A stretch of DNA of 64,000 nt from Isurus oxyrinchus. Its lineage: Eukaryota. Made by a program: the position numbers and the translations under genes. Each line of letters opens with the position of its first letter. Position 1 is the stretch's first letter. Below, piece by piece: positions 23,628 to 36,379 of this stretch. The notes beneath the pieces were generated by a model, which was given only the letters and a program-made list of their open reading frames with translations, ran no database searches and had not been told where the DNA came from. The stretch lies in assembly GCA_026770705.1 (NCBI GenBank), contig JANJGN010000007.1:109802001-109866000 (forward strand). The letters are read 5' to 3'.

Positions 23628-23923
23628 TTTTGCCCATTCATCACAGAATCTAATCGATTGAGTCTAAATTCTGTCCATCAACTTCACCGGCTCTCCTGTG
23701 CAAAACAGCTCAGTTTTACCTTGAAGATCTCAATGTGACTCGTTAAGAACAGGGCGAAAGTTGGAACCGGGACCAATAGTACTAAGCAGCGAATCACGCT
23801 GGAAATGTATGAGCCTTCCAGCACTTTAAAATAACCGTATCAACCAGCAGTGAAGCTACATACAGCTGCCTAGAGCCTCATCTTTCTCTTCAGACCCCAA
23901 TATGGTCGATTAGAAATCTGAAG
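23628..23923 (+). pseudogene. Subfamily B C1 pseudo-exon, copy 1
   Basis: VLPIHHRI*SIES..LLCKTAQFYLEDLNVTR*..MYEPSSTLK/ITVSTSSEATYSCLEPHLSLQTP; acceptor reads ccaa instead of ccag. Confidence 0.8.
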
Positions 23924-24230
23924 GTGTGGTCTTGTTTTCAGGAACCCTTGCTCGCTTGTCGTTTTTCTTAATGCAAGGACGATTGTGAATCCGTGTTAGC
24001 ATTTGACGCTGTTGCATTCCCACATTGCATTGAGCATTTATTAGCCCGATTGTAAATTGCTTCACGAGTTGGCATTTTTTTGAATATCTTTAAAACATAC
24101 TTGCACTGGTACTAAATGTTCATTAAACGATTTGTTCTGAACTCGTTTATCAGTGCTTTTTTTTGTTGGTGCTGGTTTTATTGAACTTAATGCCAGTCGG
24201 TCTGACATCTCTGCCATTCTTTGTTTGCAG

Positions 24231-24345
24231 GCACTGCTAACGTCGTTGCCCTCTATTTGACATCCGGCCATTAGTGTGTATATTGGTAATTATGACGCTG
24301 ATTGGCTTCGTTAAGAATTATTTGAAGCTTGAGATACTTGCAAAG
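24231..24345 (+). pseudogene. Subfamily B TM pseudo-exon, copy 1
   Basis: tttgcag|GTANVVALYLTSG/LVCILVIMTLIGFVKNYLKL..|gtgaga; 1-nt frameshift. Confidence 0.75.
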
Positions 24346-25609
24346 GTGAGACACCCCTTTATTACCAGAACGCAGCGTCACTTTGCAGATCATGTTTTTG
24401 AAATAAATAGGAGATATAAATGAATGCTCTTTGATCGTGGACATTTGGATCGCTATTCACACGTTGAAAGATTTTATCCCTGGAAATAGCTGATTCACAG
24501 TTCCGACGATTATTACTCCAGACTAGCAGTATCTTGCGAGAGAAAAGACCTCATCTGTCCATTCTGGAGTAGCAATGTTGCGAAGATATTTGGGGAGTTA
24601 CCATGTTGTGGGGAAATGGCGGAAGTGTTGTAAAAGAATCCACATAAGATTTCACTAGAAGGGGCAGGAAGACGAAATATTTCTGTTTTTTAGAGTAAAA
24701 TCCCAGCCGTCTCGATAACAGGCTAATGATTTGTTTAATTATTGTTTTAAAAAAGGAAAGATTTATATTAGTATCCTACACAGTAACCAGACTTGCCAGA
24801 GCCCTTTGCAGTCAACTTTGAAGAACGTTCATTGTTTTGATTAGGAAGCCTTCCTGCAAACGTAGGCACAGCAAATCTCCAAATTAGCAACGTGATTATG
24901 ACCAGATATCCTGTTTTTTTTTGGTGATTTAGTGATTGATTTGGTCAGGACACTGGGGATAACGCCTCCACTTTCCTCAAAATACTACCAAGCGGTCTTT
25001 GACGTTCACCCAAGGGGGCAGATGGAACCTAGGTTCAACATTGCATCGGGATGACATCAACTAACAATGCAGGACTCGTTCAGTGCTGCACTGGAATATC
25101 AATCTAGATTGGTGGTGCTCAAGTCCTGGAGTGGGACTTGAACACGCAACCTCCTCTGGCAGGTGTCAGAGTGCCAACAACTGAAAAATTGCTGGCACTC
25201 AAATTAATATAAATATAAAAGAAATGGGAAAACTGAAGGGAGAGCATATCGAGGTCTTTGAAATTATGAAAGGTTTTGATTTGGTAGATCCAATGAAAAT
25301 GTGTCCGCTCTTGATCGAACCCAAAACTGGAGGGCAGAAATTGACAGTCACAACTGGATCCAATAGGTAATTCATGAGAAGATTCTATAGCCAATAAGTG
25401 GTAAGAAGGTGGAGTACCAGATACAAAGCGGTAATTGATGAGAATACAAGAGATACATTTAAAGGGGAAGTTTCTAATGAATTTGAGGCAGAAAGAAATG
25501 TGCAGATGTGCAAATGGAAATACAAGAGGAGGGCTGGGAGGATCATAAATGTCAGCATATATAAGTTGAGCCCAATAGCCTTTCATCAGAACTGGAAAAA
25601 TAAAGAGGA

Positions 25610-26110
25610 AATCACAATTGTCAATTTACATTTATATAATGCCATAAAAATAGAAAGGTGTACGAAAGTGTTTCCCAAACCTCAACCAAAAAATATAACG
25701 CCCAGTCAAAGAAATGCGTATTAGAAGGGAAGCAGCAAAAGTTTGATCGAAGAGGTGGTTTTAAAGAACAACGTTAATGGACGAGAAAGGACGCAGAAGC
25801 GATGACATTTAGAGAGAGAGTGGAGTCTAGGCAATGGAGGGAAAGGGATGATAACGTGTTGCACTCCAGCAGTAGGAGAATGCAGATACGGGGAGCGATT
25901 GGCTGGACGAGTTACTGAGATAGGGAAGGCCAAGGCCAAAAAGAAATGTAAGTGAATATGAGAATTCAAAATTTGAGGCACTAGAGGTCGGCAATTATAG
26001 GTCGGCCAGGATAAGAATAATGGGTGAGCAGGAGTAGTTACAGGAGATGATGCGGGCACCAAACTTTTGGATGAACTAAAGTTTATGCAAATTAAAAGTC
26101 AGCAGGACTG
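25610..26110 (-). mobile_element. Old L2 3' fragment (paralogue at about 56770-57260)
   Basis: Reverse complement resembles the L2 end at 265-625 (ILNSHIHL, LFFKT). Confidence 0.5.
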
Positions 26111-26744
26111 GAAAGACTCAGCTCAGATTGTTGAGATATAATTGGAGAGATCGCGATCACGTGTGGTGGTGTAAGTGGGTGGGCAGTCTGTTTTACGTCT
26201 CTCCAGATTTTTATTTCCATTAACTTGTATTGATCAATATTGGTATTTAACTCGCCAAGGATAACTGTGTCTGCTGCAAACGACTGAGATGGGGTGCAGA
26301 CGGATAACGTCACAGAAACAGAAGTAGACAGTCTTTGCAATGGAGAGGATGTGGTGTCGCCAACACAGAGAATTTCATCTGTGAATTTGCTTAGGACCGC
26401 TGTGTTAGGGTTGAAATCTGAATAACCTATAAGACGGGCATGGAGCAAACGGGAGAGTGATGGATAAATAAACGTATTGTTTGATCGAGGAAGGATGACC
26501 ATAATCGATCCCAAAAGTTAACTCCGTTTCTCGACACAGGTGTTGCCCATCCCACTGAACATTCCAGCATTTTCTGAATGTACTTCAGGCTTCCAGCATC
26601 TGTAGGATTTTGCGTTTGTGTTGCAATGGGATAAAATTGTTCCATCTCACCAAAATAACGGTGCCACAGTGCAACAATGGAAGCAACTTTAACACCTCCT
26701 TGATCAAGTCGTTTACACAACATTAATGATCACTCAATTCACCT

Positions 26745-27295
26745 CAGCTTCGAAGGAATATTCCCGGTATGTTGGGTAATATCCACAGATGGAACTATGA
26801 GGTGAAACGACCCTCATTGAGCTGATTGCAAAGAGAAAGGATATTTTAATGATAGTAAGACCGGTTATTCATGATATTCAGCTTCTGCAGGATCCAAATT
26901 CCAAATCCGCTTTGTGTCGAGCTAGCTGATCGAAATCATGTATGATTCCTGTGCCTCACTGCCATCCGATGCCATCCATTGGAGTTGTACGAGCCGATGG
27001 TAACAATGACAGGGAATAGGCTGTAACTAATATCTAACCAAAGGTCAGAAGCCTCGGGATCTTTTGCCAATCACCTTAAATCCCTGTCTTCTGGTGACCC
27101 ATTCTTGTGTTACTGGGAACAGTTTCTCCTTTTTTACTTAATCAGAACCGTTCATAACTTTGAAAGTCTCTATCAAGCCTCCTCTTACCCTTGTCAGCTC
27201 TCAGGGGAACAACCGTAGCTTCTCCACTGTCTCCACATAATCCAGTCCCTTAACCTGGTAAATCACCAGCAAATCTTTCCTGCAAGCTCTCTAAG
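26745..27295 (-). repeat. Inverted copy of the duplicated block at about 5650-6190, 51800-52310 and 63380-63865
   Basis: Reverse complement aligns by eye, including non-TE flank (catgaataacc.gtctta..tttctctttgcaa..gagggtcgttt). Confidence 0.8.
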
Positions 27296-28702
27296 TGTCT
27301 TCATTATAAACTTACCACAGCGACGAATATTTCGCAATCCAGGTGCCTTTTTCTGTCCACTGCTTGAGATTGCCGATCTAACATTTTATATTCTGGATTG
27401 ACAGAAATTTGAGATGACTAGATTTTTGTTCGGAATAGGTACCAAGGAAATATAATTAAGTCGGAAAAATGGTGTTGAGGTAGAACTCAACTATAATCTA
27501 AATGAATGGCACGGGCAGTTGGGTGGGCTGAATGGGCACCCTGATCTTATGTCCACAGTATATACTTTGTGCGTGTGTCCATTAATAACTTGATCAAAAT
27601 GGCAAACTATTTCCAGAAAGGAATACTGCAACACCGGAAGAGGGGCGATGTTTATCTTGCCCTCAATGTTGGATTCCACCCAAGTCCCAGAACTTGCAGG
27701 ACAATTAAGGTACCCAATGTCCTTATTTGCATCTCTGCGGCACACCAAGTGCACTCTTTCTGATGTACTCACAACTGGTAAAGTGGAGGCTGGACAACAC
27801 CAAACGTTTCTATAAACGCCTGGGCTCCCGTATTTGAAATTCCTAATTTCCATGTTCACTCCCCAGAGGCAGGCGGAAGTGAAAGCACGAGACCAAGAGA
27901 GCACTGGCTTCTATCTCCCCAGCGGGAATTCTGTCGCCACTAATTCAATAATTTGCAATTGGCACAATAAAGGAAAAGAAAATGTGTGAGGATAATATGA
28001 GAAGGTTGAATTTAATAAATAACAGAACAATGCAACGTGATGCGTGACTTTACTTCCAGTTCTCAGGTGATTTTAGATGTCGCGGACAGATAGATAGGGC
28101 GGTTCACGTCAAAAAAAATGGTAAATTTGGGCTGTTCTAAGCAGAATCTTCTACAGGCAAAGTGCGTTCAACGAAGCTGTAGAACGGCAAAATCTTGGAA
28201 TTCTGTAAGACATGTACTCTGGGTTACGGTTTCCTATTCGGTTTCGGTAATCTGTACGGATGTTGTGATCTATACAGCCATAAATAATTATCAAAATAAA
28301 TTATTTGTGGAGAGCTAAGCTCTCCAGCTCTCCGTCCCCCTCTGGAGGAAGACCCTTTGGTGAAAAATACACGATACATTTGGACAGGAATCTCACTCGG
28401 GGCCTGTGCTGCAAACCCTACTCCCGGCCTAGGATCTGACATTTCCATTCCCAGCAGTGACACTTGCTTCCTGGTTATTACCCAGCCTGGGACATGCTCC
28501 CTCTTTGTGGATTGCTTGAAAAAACATCTGGCAAATTTGCTGTGCGACGCATAACATTGTGTAAAATAAATGCAAACACAAAGGTAAATTCGCGACAGCA
28601 AGGATCACTATTCTCACAGTGCGAGGTTAAGAGCATAGCGAGTGTAGTCAACTGAGAATATGCTCCATTAAATTCAAAAACTATATTTCTTTCCTGTTAA
28701 AG

Positions 28703-28999
28703 TACCACCAACACCACTGAAAATCATTCCTGTTGAAGGGATTTCAACGACTTCTCTGAACCTTCAGTGTAAAACGGCTGCATTTTACCCAGAGGATTTA
28801 AGAGTTTCCTGGCAAAGAGGTGGTGTGGAAATTCTGACCCGAATAGAAACTGTGAAAAACGAGACCGTGGATGGGCTCTACGAGGTCTCCAGTTCTTTCG
28901 AAGAGGCACAGCCTGTCCGGAACAGAGTCGTTTATGCCTGTCTGGTGTATCACGTCTCTGTAGAGGTGCCCGCCAGTGTCAGCTACACCATCAATCAAG
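28703..28999 (+). pseudogene. A2 C1 exon (open frame, donor GT changed to CT)
   Basis: VPPTPLKI..LQCKTAAFYPEDLRVSWQRGG..YACLVYHVSVEVP; intact acceptor; CAAG|ctgaga versus CAAG|gtaaga in A1. Confidence 0.9.
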
Positions 29000-30004
29000 C
29001 TGAGATTGGAAACATTTATGGCAGCGAGTGGGGATGTGCTCCAATCCCTATTTACTTAATAGACATGTGGCCGGACTATTGTCCAAACTCGATTATACAG
29101 GGTGAATGTGGACTGTATTCATTCTCACTGTCACATTAATAGGAATGAAATAAAATAACCACGATAGATAGCTGGAGGGGGGAGAGTATCTCCCTGAAGC
29201 GATCTGAGAGAGGTTGATGTGTGATCTGCTCTAAAAACTGAAAGCTCATTCCTCGTCACATTCTTGCCAAAAGAAACGAATTTACACATAAAATGGATCG
29301 GTTTTAGCACAGTTACTTCCATCTCCCCTATATTTAAATGGAACATATGAGAATATCATTGTGCGCATCAGTTTTTTCTGCACTGTGCTTTTAGCTATTT
29401 AACCCATAGACTCAAAAATTCCCGTTCTAAACATTTCCGCCTCGCCAACTCTCCTTTTAGACGCTCCCTGAACTCTACCTCTACGTGCCGGAATATCAGT
29501 TTATGCGTCTTGATTTTGTTTGATAACGCTGCTGTGAAGTGCATTTGGGTGTTTTGCTACGTTAAAAGCGAAGTATTCTTGTTACTTACTGAAAGTTGCA
29601 GTAGGCACCCTTGGTAAGCCTGCTTAGTAGTGTTGAAGATTGGAAGATTTTGCCACTCTTTGCAGCCGATGCGCATCTGTCTGGTGTAGCACAGAAAGGT
29701 AAAAGGTGTACGTGTCTTAATCTTAACAAACAACCCACACGTCCAGAGAGAAGCTTCCTGCGTCTTTATCGATTTATTCCCTCCATAAATTGCGGTACTG
29801 GCTTCCAATTTATATCGTTTGAAACACATTATAACCCTTGTGCAGCTACTCCTAACTTATGAAAGCGGCCGGTCCCCACGGACATTAAGCGGTTACCCAA
29901 GGGATAGCTTTACAGCTCGCCCTCCTGTGTCTGACACATAACTCCCTATATAAATCTCGCTGTGTTCGACAGGTCCTTATTTCAATCTTTTGTTGATCCT
30001 GTAG

Positions 30005-30109
30005 GTACTGGTGTCAATCCCCTGCTGGTCTTTCGATGGACAGGGGGCATATTGGCGATTTTACTATTGATAATTATTTTGACTACACTCAATTTAAAAG
30101 CATCAACTG
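30005..30109 (+). pseudogene. A2 TM exon containing Arg
   Basis: GTGVNPLLVFRWTGGILAILLLIIILTTLNLKAST; both splice sites intact. Confidence 0.88.
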
Positions 30110-30234
30110 GTAAGAGCATTTTTTACTTCGCCACATACTTTATTTTTCTAAGGCCCAGTTATACCGTCAAAAAACATGAAGGGCGGTTGAATTTGTATGG
30201 AATTCATTGCCACAGAAGGCTTGGGAGATCAGGT

Positions 30235-30409
30235 TATTGAGTGTATTTTAGACCGAGATAGATAGGTTCTTGATTGGTAAAGGGATCAAAGGTTACGGGG
30301 AGAAGGCGGAAGAATGGGGTTGAGAAACTTATCAGCCATGATTGAATGGCGAAGCAGATTCAATGGGCCGAATGGCCTAATTTCTGATCATATGTCTTAT
30401 GGTCTTATG
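30235..30409 (+). mobile_element. CR1 3' end
   Basis: EIDRFLIGKGIKGYGEKA and tcttatggtcttatg tail; absent from A1. Confidence 0.8.
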
Positions 30410-30976
30410 AATAGTGTTTCATGAAAAAGGAATAACGAGCACGTTACTGCATCTTTAGATAATGAAGTTGATACTACGAGAGCGTTATGTGATTGAGTAT
30501 TCAACATGAAAATATAAACCGATTTTGGAAAGCAAATATTTCATCTTCCCAATGGAACTATTCATTCGGTTTATACACTTCCAATTTGCTACACCCGGCA
30601 TCCTTCACGTTCTGCATTTTCATAAATTTCAGTGCGGGTCCAGACCTCGAAGTGCAAACGCTTTGAAGTGGATTTTGAATTTCTGTGACAGTGTAAAACG
30701 GGTGATATGGAACTGGCAGTCTGTTTTACGTCACTGCCTGATTATATTTCCATTGTAATTTTACGATGTAAAATGGTTTGCCGACTCTTTGTCACATGTT
30801 TTAGACTATCGCACAAATGGCAGTGTGTTCCATTGGGTGCAGCGTCACTACGGAGCACTTCAATTTTCAAGACTCCTTCTTTTGCATAATTAAAGCGTTT
30901 AGCTTGGAAGTCAGGTTATTCATTTTACTTGCACACTCATTAAATTATTCCAATTGGATTTCTTCTCTTCCTGTAG

Positions 30977-31008
30977 CCGTTAAGAGAGATTCCGTGGAAG
31001 CTGACTAG
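30977..31008 (+). pseudogene. A2 exon-5 homologue ending in a stop
   Basis: cttcctgtag|AVKRDSVEAD* versus A1 GINRNSVEAAHREEP. Confidence 0.75.
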
Positions 31009-31114
31009 AGTGATGACTCGATGTGGTGAGAATGTTCTTCATAGTCCAAAAAGAGGGGTTAGCGGGTAACAGCAAGAAATACTGCAAACAGCCGAGAAGG
31101 ATTTAATTACATTT

Positions 31115-33385
31115 CATAGAATCATAGAAATGCAGTTATTATGCCTATCCCGCTTCTGTGAAAAAAACTATCCAATTAGCCAAATTCCCCATCTTTACCC
31201 AGAACACTTCATTTTTGTTTGTTCAAGAAAATCTCTAATTCGCTTTTTTAAAGTTTCCATTGAATCTGCTTCCTCCAACCTTTCAAGAAGTGCGTTCCAG
31301 ACCAACAACCGGCTACACATAAAAACACTCACCTTGTACTGATTATTTTGCCAATTACCTTAAGTCGACGTCCATTGGATACCAACCCAACCACCACTGA
31401 AAACACTTTATCCATATTCACTTCTGTCAAAACTCTCATAATTTTGAATACCTCCATTATATCCCCCTTTATGTTTCTCTGCTCTGAGGAGACCAGTCAT
31501 GGGTTCTCTAGTCTCCCCAATGTAACTGAAGTCCTTCATCCCTGGTACCATTCTAGTAAATCATCTTTGCAACGGCTCTTAATAATGGTGTTACCAGAAT
31601 GGGACACAATGCACCAATGAGGCTTAAGCAGTGATTTATAAAGGTCCAGCATAAATTCTTTCTTTTTGCACCCCGTGTCATAATTCATAAGGCCAGAATA
31701 AACGTGTGTTTATTGTATCATACACTACTGACGGATACTGTTTCATCATTCAAATTATTTCAACAATACGAAGTCCTTAGATGCCCAGTTGCTTAATTGG
31801 CACTTTGTGTAGCATAACCAGATGTGTAGCATAACTTGGAAGGTGCCTAGTTAAAAGTATTAAAAAGAAAGAACATGGCAATAGTGCAGGGTAAAGATAT
31901 CGGTCATGATAGCCGCAGTGTGACAGAACGTAAAGGCAATTGGGTGCACCAGCAAATCGGCTCAGAGTAAGGAAAATGGTAAAGGGACAGAAGTAACCAC
32001 TCTGTATCCGAATGCAGCCAGCATTTCGAACAAGATAAGTGATTTGATGCTACACATCGGTGTGAAAGCAAGTTCTCAGCAAGTCACAAACAGAATACAA
32101 AGGGATATAGATAGGTTATGTGAGTGAGCAATAATTTGGCAGATGGTGTATGATGTGGGAAAAAGTGAAGTTATCTTCATTGGAAGGAAAAGAAGAAAAG
32201 TGTAATATCATTTAAATGGAATGAAACGACAGAATACTGTGGTACAGAGACAGAGGTGAGGAAGAATTTCTTCTCTCAGAGGTTATGGGGGATGGGGGGC
32301 TGGAGGTAGGAAAGTGGTGTTGAGGCCAGAATCAGATCAACCATAATCTCGTTGAATGGTCTACTCCTACTCCTGCTTCTTGTGATATTGTCGTTAACCT
32401 TTGCAATTTTGTACCAAGAGAGCAATGGAGGCTGGGTAATTGAATATAATCGATGTTGTATTAGACAGATTTTCATTTACGAGAGTGCTGAGGGTGATTT
32501 TATCTTGGAGGGGTGGATGGTGGAAGGAAAGAAAGACAGAAACGAGAACAACTTGCCCTATGCCACTGTCCAAGCCAGCACCAGGAAAAAAAAGACAAAG
32601 CACAGGCTGACCGAGGAGAATACAGGACAGCTGAAATAATTGATTGAAACCGTGTAAGTGTAATGTGGTATGATGCGAAGCTGTAGGAATTGAAAAGGTC
32701 CCAGTTTTAATAAACCAACTGGTTGTGTCAGTTGATCTCAGACAAGGTTCATCAGATTTGCCTCATGTCCTAGAACAGAAAGACCTGGGAGTAAATGTGC
32801 ATCAATCTTTGAAGGTGGCTGGGCAAGGCAAGTGGGCGGGTAGCAAAGCTGAGGGGATCTTGGGCTTCATAAATAGATACATTAAGTGCAAACGCAGGGA
32901 AGTCATGTCAAACATTTATAATGATTTGCTTAGGCCACAGAGTATCGCATCGAGTTCTGGTCACAACACATTAGGATGTGTGGGCCTTTCGGAGGCTATA
33001 GAGATGATGTGCCAGAATGGTTCCACGCATGGGGCATTTTGAGGGGAGATTTGATAAAGCCGTACAATATTATAATAGATTCAGAGAAGGTAGACAAAGG
33101 AAAACTGTTTCTATTAGCTGATGGTACAGGGACAAGGTTTTGGGCAAGAGATGCAGGGGGAATGTGAGGAAAAACTTTTCAGACAGTGTGTGGTAATGAC
33201 CCATAACTTGATGCCCACCAGGGTGGTGGAAGCAGAGTTCAATGATTTCAAATGGAAATGGGATGCTCACTTCAAGATTATTTCCTTCCAGGTTTACAGT
33301 GATAAGAGTCGGGGAATGGAACTGACGGAATTGCTCCGTGGAAAGCCTTTAGACTGGGTGGGCTGAATACCCACCCTCTGAGCTT
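31115..33385. mobile_element. Cluster of degraded CR1 fragments (about 31115-31700 minus; 32080-32390 and 32770-33385 plus)
   Basis: EQKDLGVNVHQSLKV, LRGDLIK and related CR1 motifs. Confidence 0.7.
32529..32625 (+). pseudogene. A2 exon-7 relic with ITIM LPYATV
   Basis: KKDRNENNLPYATVQASTRKKKTKHRLTEENT; no recognisable acceptor. Confidence 0.65.
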
Positions 33386-33522
33386 CCAGTGGACTCTGAC
33401 TTTAAACTGAATTTGATAATTGATGAGTGCAAATTTCATTACAGCCTTTTTCTAAGCCCTGATTGCCTCAAGCACCGAACTGACGATAAACTAACAGGTG
33501 ACATTAAATATTACTTTCACAG

Positions 33523-33646
33523 ATTAAAGAGCCTGAGTTACGCCGCTCTGCAGTTTGCTGATTCCAGGAAAACATCAAAATCTTGACAGGAAGGCGAACA
33601 TGTAGTGTACCCAGAAGTGAACAGGACAAAGAAAGAGAGAAGCTGA
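33523..33646 (+). pseudogene. A2 terminal ITIM exon relic
   Basis: 17-nt deletion causes a frameshift; LSYAALQFADSRKTSKS*QEGEHVVYPEVNRTKKERS*. Confidence 0.85.
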
Positions 33647-33739
33647 GAATCGAAAAACAATTCAAAGATGAGAGCTTTTCATGTGTGTAGGCCCAGGGCA
33701 TTCAATTCTTCTTAAGTGCTCTGCCCGAAGGCAAGTCCA

Positions 33740-33872
33740 ACCCACAGCACCTTGACCGCCCACCAAGGGCAGGGCAAGGAAGCAGGTCCCAAATCCACCC
33801 CAACTGGAAAAGGGTTCTCCTGGCATTAGTCTGATCCACATCCGCCACCCAAGCAACTGAGCCAACCAGCCC
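33740..33872 (-). mobile_element. SINE fragment (related copy at about 60665-60800)
   Basis: Shared agggcaagga.gca.gt.cc.aatccacccca..caagcaactga. Confidence 0.5.
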
Positions 33873-34139
33873 CCCAAAAGAATTCATGTTGCTGTAGGAA
33901 CATACACTTTTACATACATGTTGTAGCCTGGCTAGTGATGGTAGGAGATCCTACTTCTTTCCATCATATGGATGGAAAAACAATTAGAATTTTGATACTA
34001 ATACAAATCAGCAGTTTTCCCCGCACTGATGTTGAAATTCCACAGGGTTATCCTACTGAAACATGAGCGGACCAGTGTTTTCTTTACTTTTTGTGGGGGG
34101 AGGCGTGGGTGGTGATGGGCAGACGAGTGGGGAACACAA

Positions 34140-34265
34140 CAGAGACGCAGAAAAAGACAGAGAGACAGAGAAACAATGACAGACTGGCAGAGAAGGAGTA
34201 AGAGAAAAAGACACCAAGAGAGTGGGAACAAGAGAGAGAGAACGAGAGAAAGAAGCTGTAAAGAA
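34140..34265. repeat. GA-rich simple repeat
   Basis: agagacagagagacagag runs. Confidence 0.7.
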
Positions 34266-36379
34266 AAAGTGTAAGCAGCTGTTTATCATTTCTCTTGGGT
34301 TGCTGATGTTACAGTGAGAGACCAGTGATAGCTTCATCAAATGCCAGTGGAACTGTATTTAGACCAACTGTTTTCCACTATTTAAACAGTACAAGTTATA
34401 TTTTTCGTCACTCCCACTAGTGACAGACCCATTCACACCTTCACTATCCTTACACAGCTTTATCCTGCCACCAATCAACATTAAGGCAACCCACATTACT
34501 GTATAATTGCATGCAGTATTTTCAGTACAGTTTGATCCTACTAGGAATTATACATGCCTTTGGCAACCCTAGTGATAGCACTTCTAAACTGTATCCAGCA
34601 TCTGACACTGGTAAGGTTCTAGCATCCAATTCTGCGCCCAGATCTTTAAAAACTCTAATGTTCACAAGGTGGACCAAGATACTTCACTCTATGTTTTGGG
34701 AAGTAGATGGTACAGACTAGGCTCATTGGTCAGCGAGAAGGTCACAGTGGGCCTTCTCATTGAACTATGCAACAAAGTCCTTAACTTATCACAAGTCTCT
34801 TGCTAAAAAGGAACTCGACTCATTTCCTGCACAAAATGGATATCGAATGAACCATGGACCCACCACCAACTGGAGACAAAAATCCTCTAGGCACGTGGTG
34901 CATTACAATTTTCTCATCCCAGGCTAATGTTAATAGCTTCAGTCCAGTTCAAATTGATTTTTTTTCCTTTGCAGCTGTAAATATTTCCTCTTCGGTTTTT
35001 TTTGAACACCTTTGTTACAAGTTCATGAAGATCTGTATCAGCCTTATGACTGCCTGCAATCAGACATTTATTGCAATACCTACTGATTATGAACATTGTA
35101 ATTTTCTGAAAATTAAAGTTACTTCAAGCACAACTTACGTTCAGCAGACACTATTGCAAATTGCAATGGCCTATTAACAGACAGCAGTCAGATCATTTAC
35201 ACGCCTTAGTCACATGGTATGAGCAGTAACATTTGTGTGCGTGTGTAAAACAGGCAAGAGTTAAAATTTCAACCAACATTGTAAAGCCTCGAGCCCCACA
35301 TCTGATCATAAATGAGAAGAAATTTGTACAAGGCTGGAGTTGGACCAGAAAATTACTGCTTCAAAGACGAAAGGTAAACACTTCACATTTCTACCACAGT
35401 AACCAAAGCAGCAGAATCCACTCAGTCAATTGCCAATCCAACTAGGTTTCGAGTGCGACATCCAATTACAAAACATAAACAAAATGAACAGGGTGAAATA
35501 TAAAAATCGCATGGGTTTTACCCAATTAAAACCTCAAAAAATTAAGTTATTTTATCCATTTAAGGATGTAGAAGATGCAAACAATTACACACGAGCAGAA
35601 AGTGACATTTCAATTTTATAAAAAGCACCAGTGAAGTTCCTTGTCTCTCATTGTCGAGTTAAACAGAGCACGAGCCAAGTCAGGACAGGTGCTGCAAAAT
35701 GCCACTGGGTTGGGTTTGAAGAACTGATTAAGTCCGTGGCTGATGGAAGCCACGCTTTATGATGTTCAGGCAAACTGGACTTACATGGCCATCATGATCT
35801 TATGCTTGGGATGTTCATAAACTTCAGTTATAAATAAAATTAATCCGAGAAGCTTAAAAAGTTAGAGAGTTTTAGACACGTTGAAAAATGTAAACACTTA
35901 CTGCAATGAAAGAAACGATTTTCTCTTTTATGTATGAACAATGCATTTAGTTACAAGGGCATTGAGTGATGAAATACTTTTAGGAAAGATGCACCCGGTT
36001 TCAGGTTTGAAATTGCCCAACTGTATACATTGAAGCAGCCAAATTGACCCGAATAGGAATCCTCCAAGCGCCAGTTACACTTTGTTCATTGGAATAGTTT
36101 TAAATGTCAACTAATTCCTGGCAGAAAATAAAATTCACGACAAAACAAATTGTGAAACAAAGCGTGGTGGGGTGGATAACTTTTGCTAGAAGTCTCCGCC
36201 TGCCCCTATGTGTCCTCTTCGCAAGATTAACCCTCCTAGTCCCACTACCCTGCTTTTTCTCCGTAGTCCTACACCTTTTTTTTCTTCAGTTAATTGTCCA
36301 ATTCTCAATTGAATCAGCTTCTGCCCTTTTTCCATTCTTCCCCACTCTCATCCTATTTGCTAGTGCGCTCTTGTGTTCC

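Larger units (their letters stand above)
27298..33646 (+). pseudogene. Gene A2: leader- and V-less paralogue of A1 with activating-type TM
   Basis: Intron homology to A1 begins about 27298 (A1 about 8860). C1, TM and exon-5 homologues present; C1 donor lost; ITIM exons decayed. Confidence 0.8.

Noticed and set aside
26260-26425. Cytoplasmic exon of subfamily B (paralogue about 57410-57573)
   Set aside because: No Tyr motifs or clear splice sites; adjacent to an L2 relic and probably part of it.
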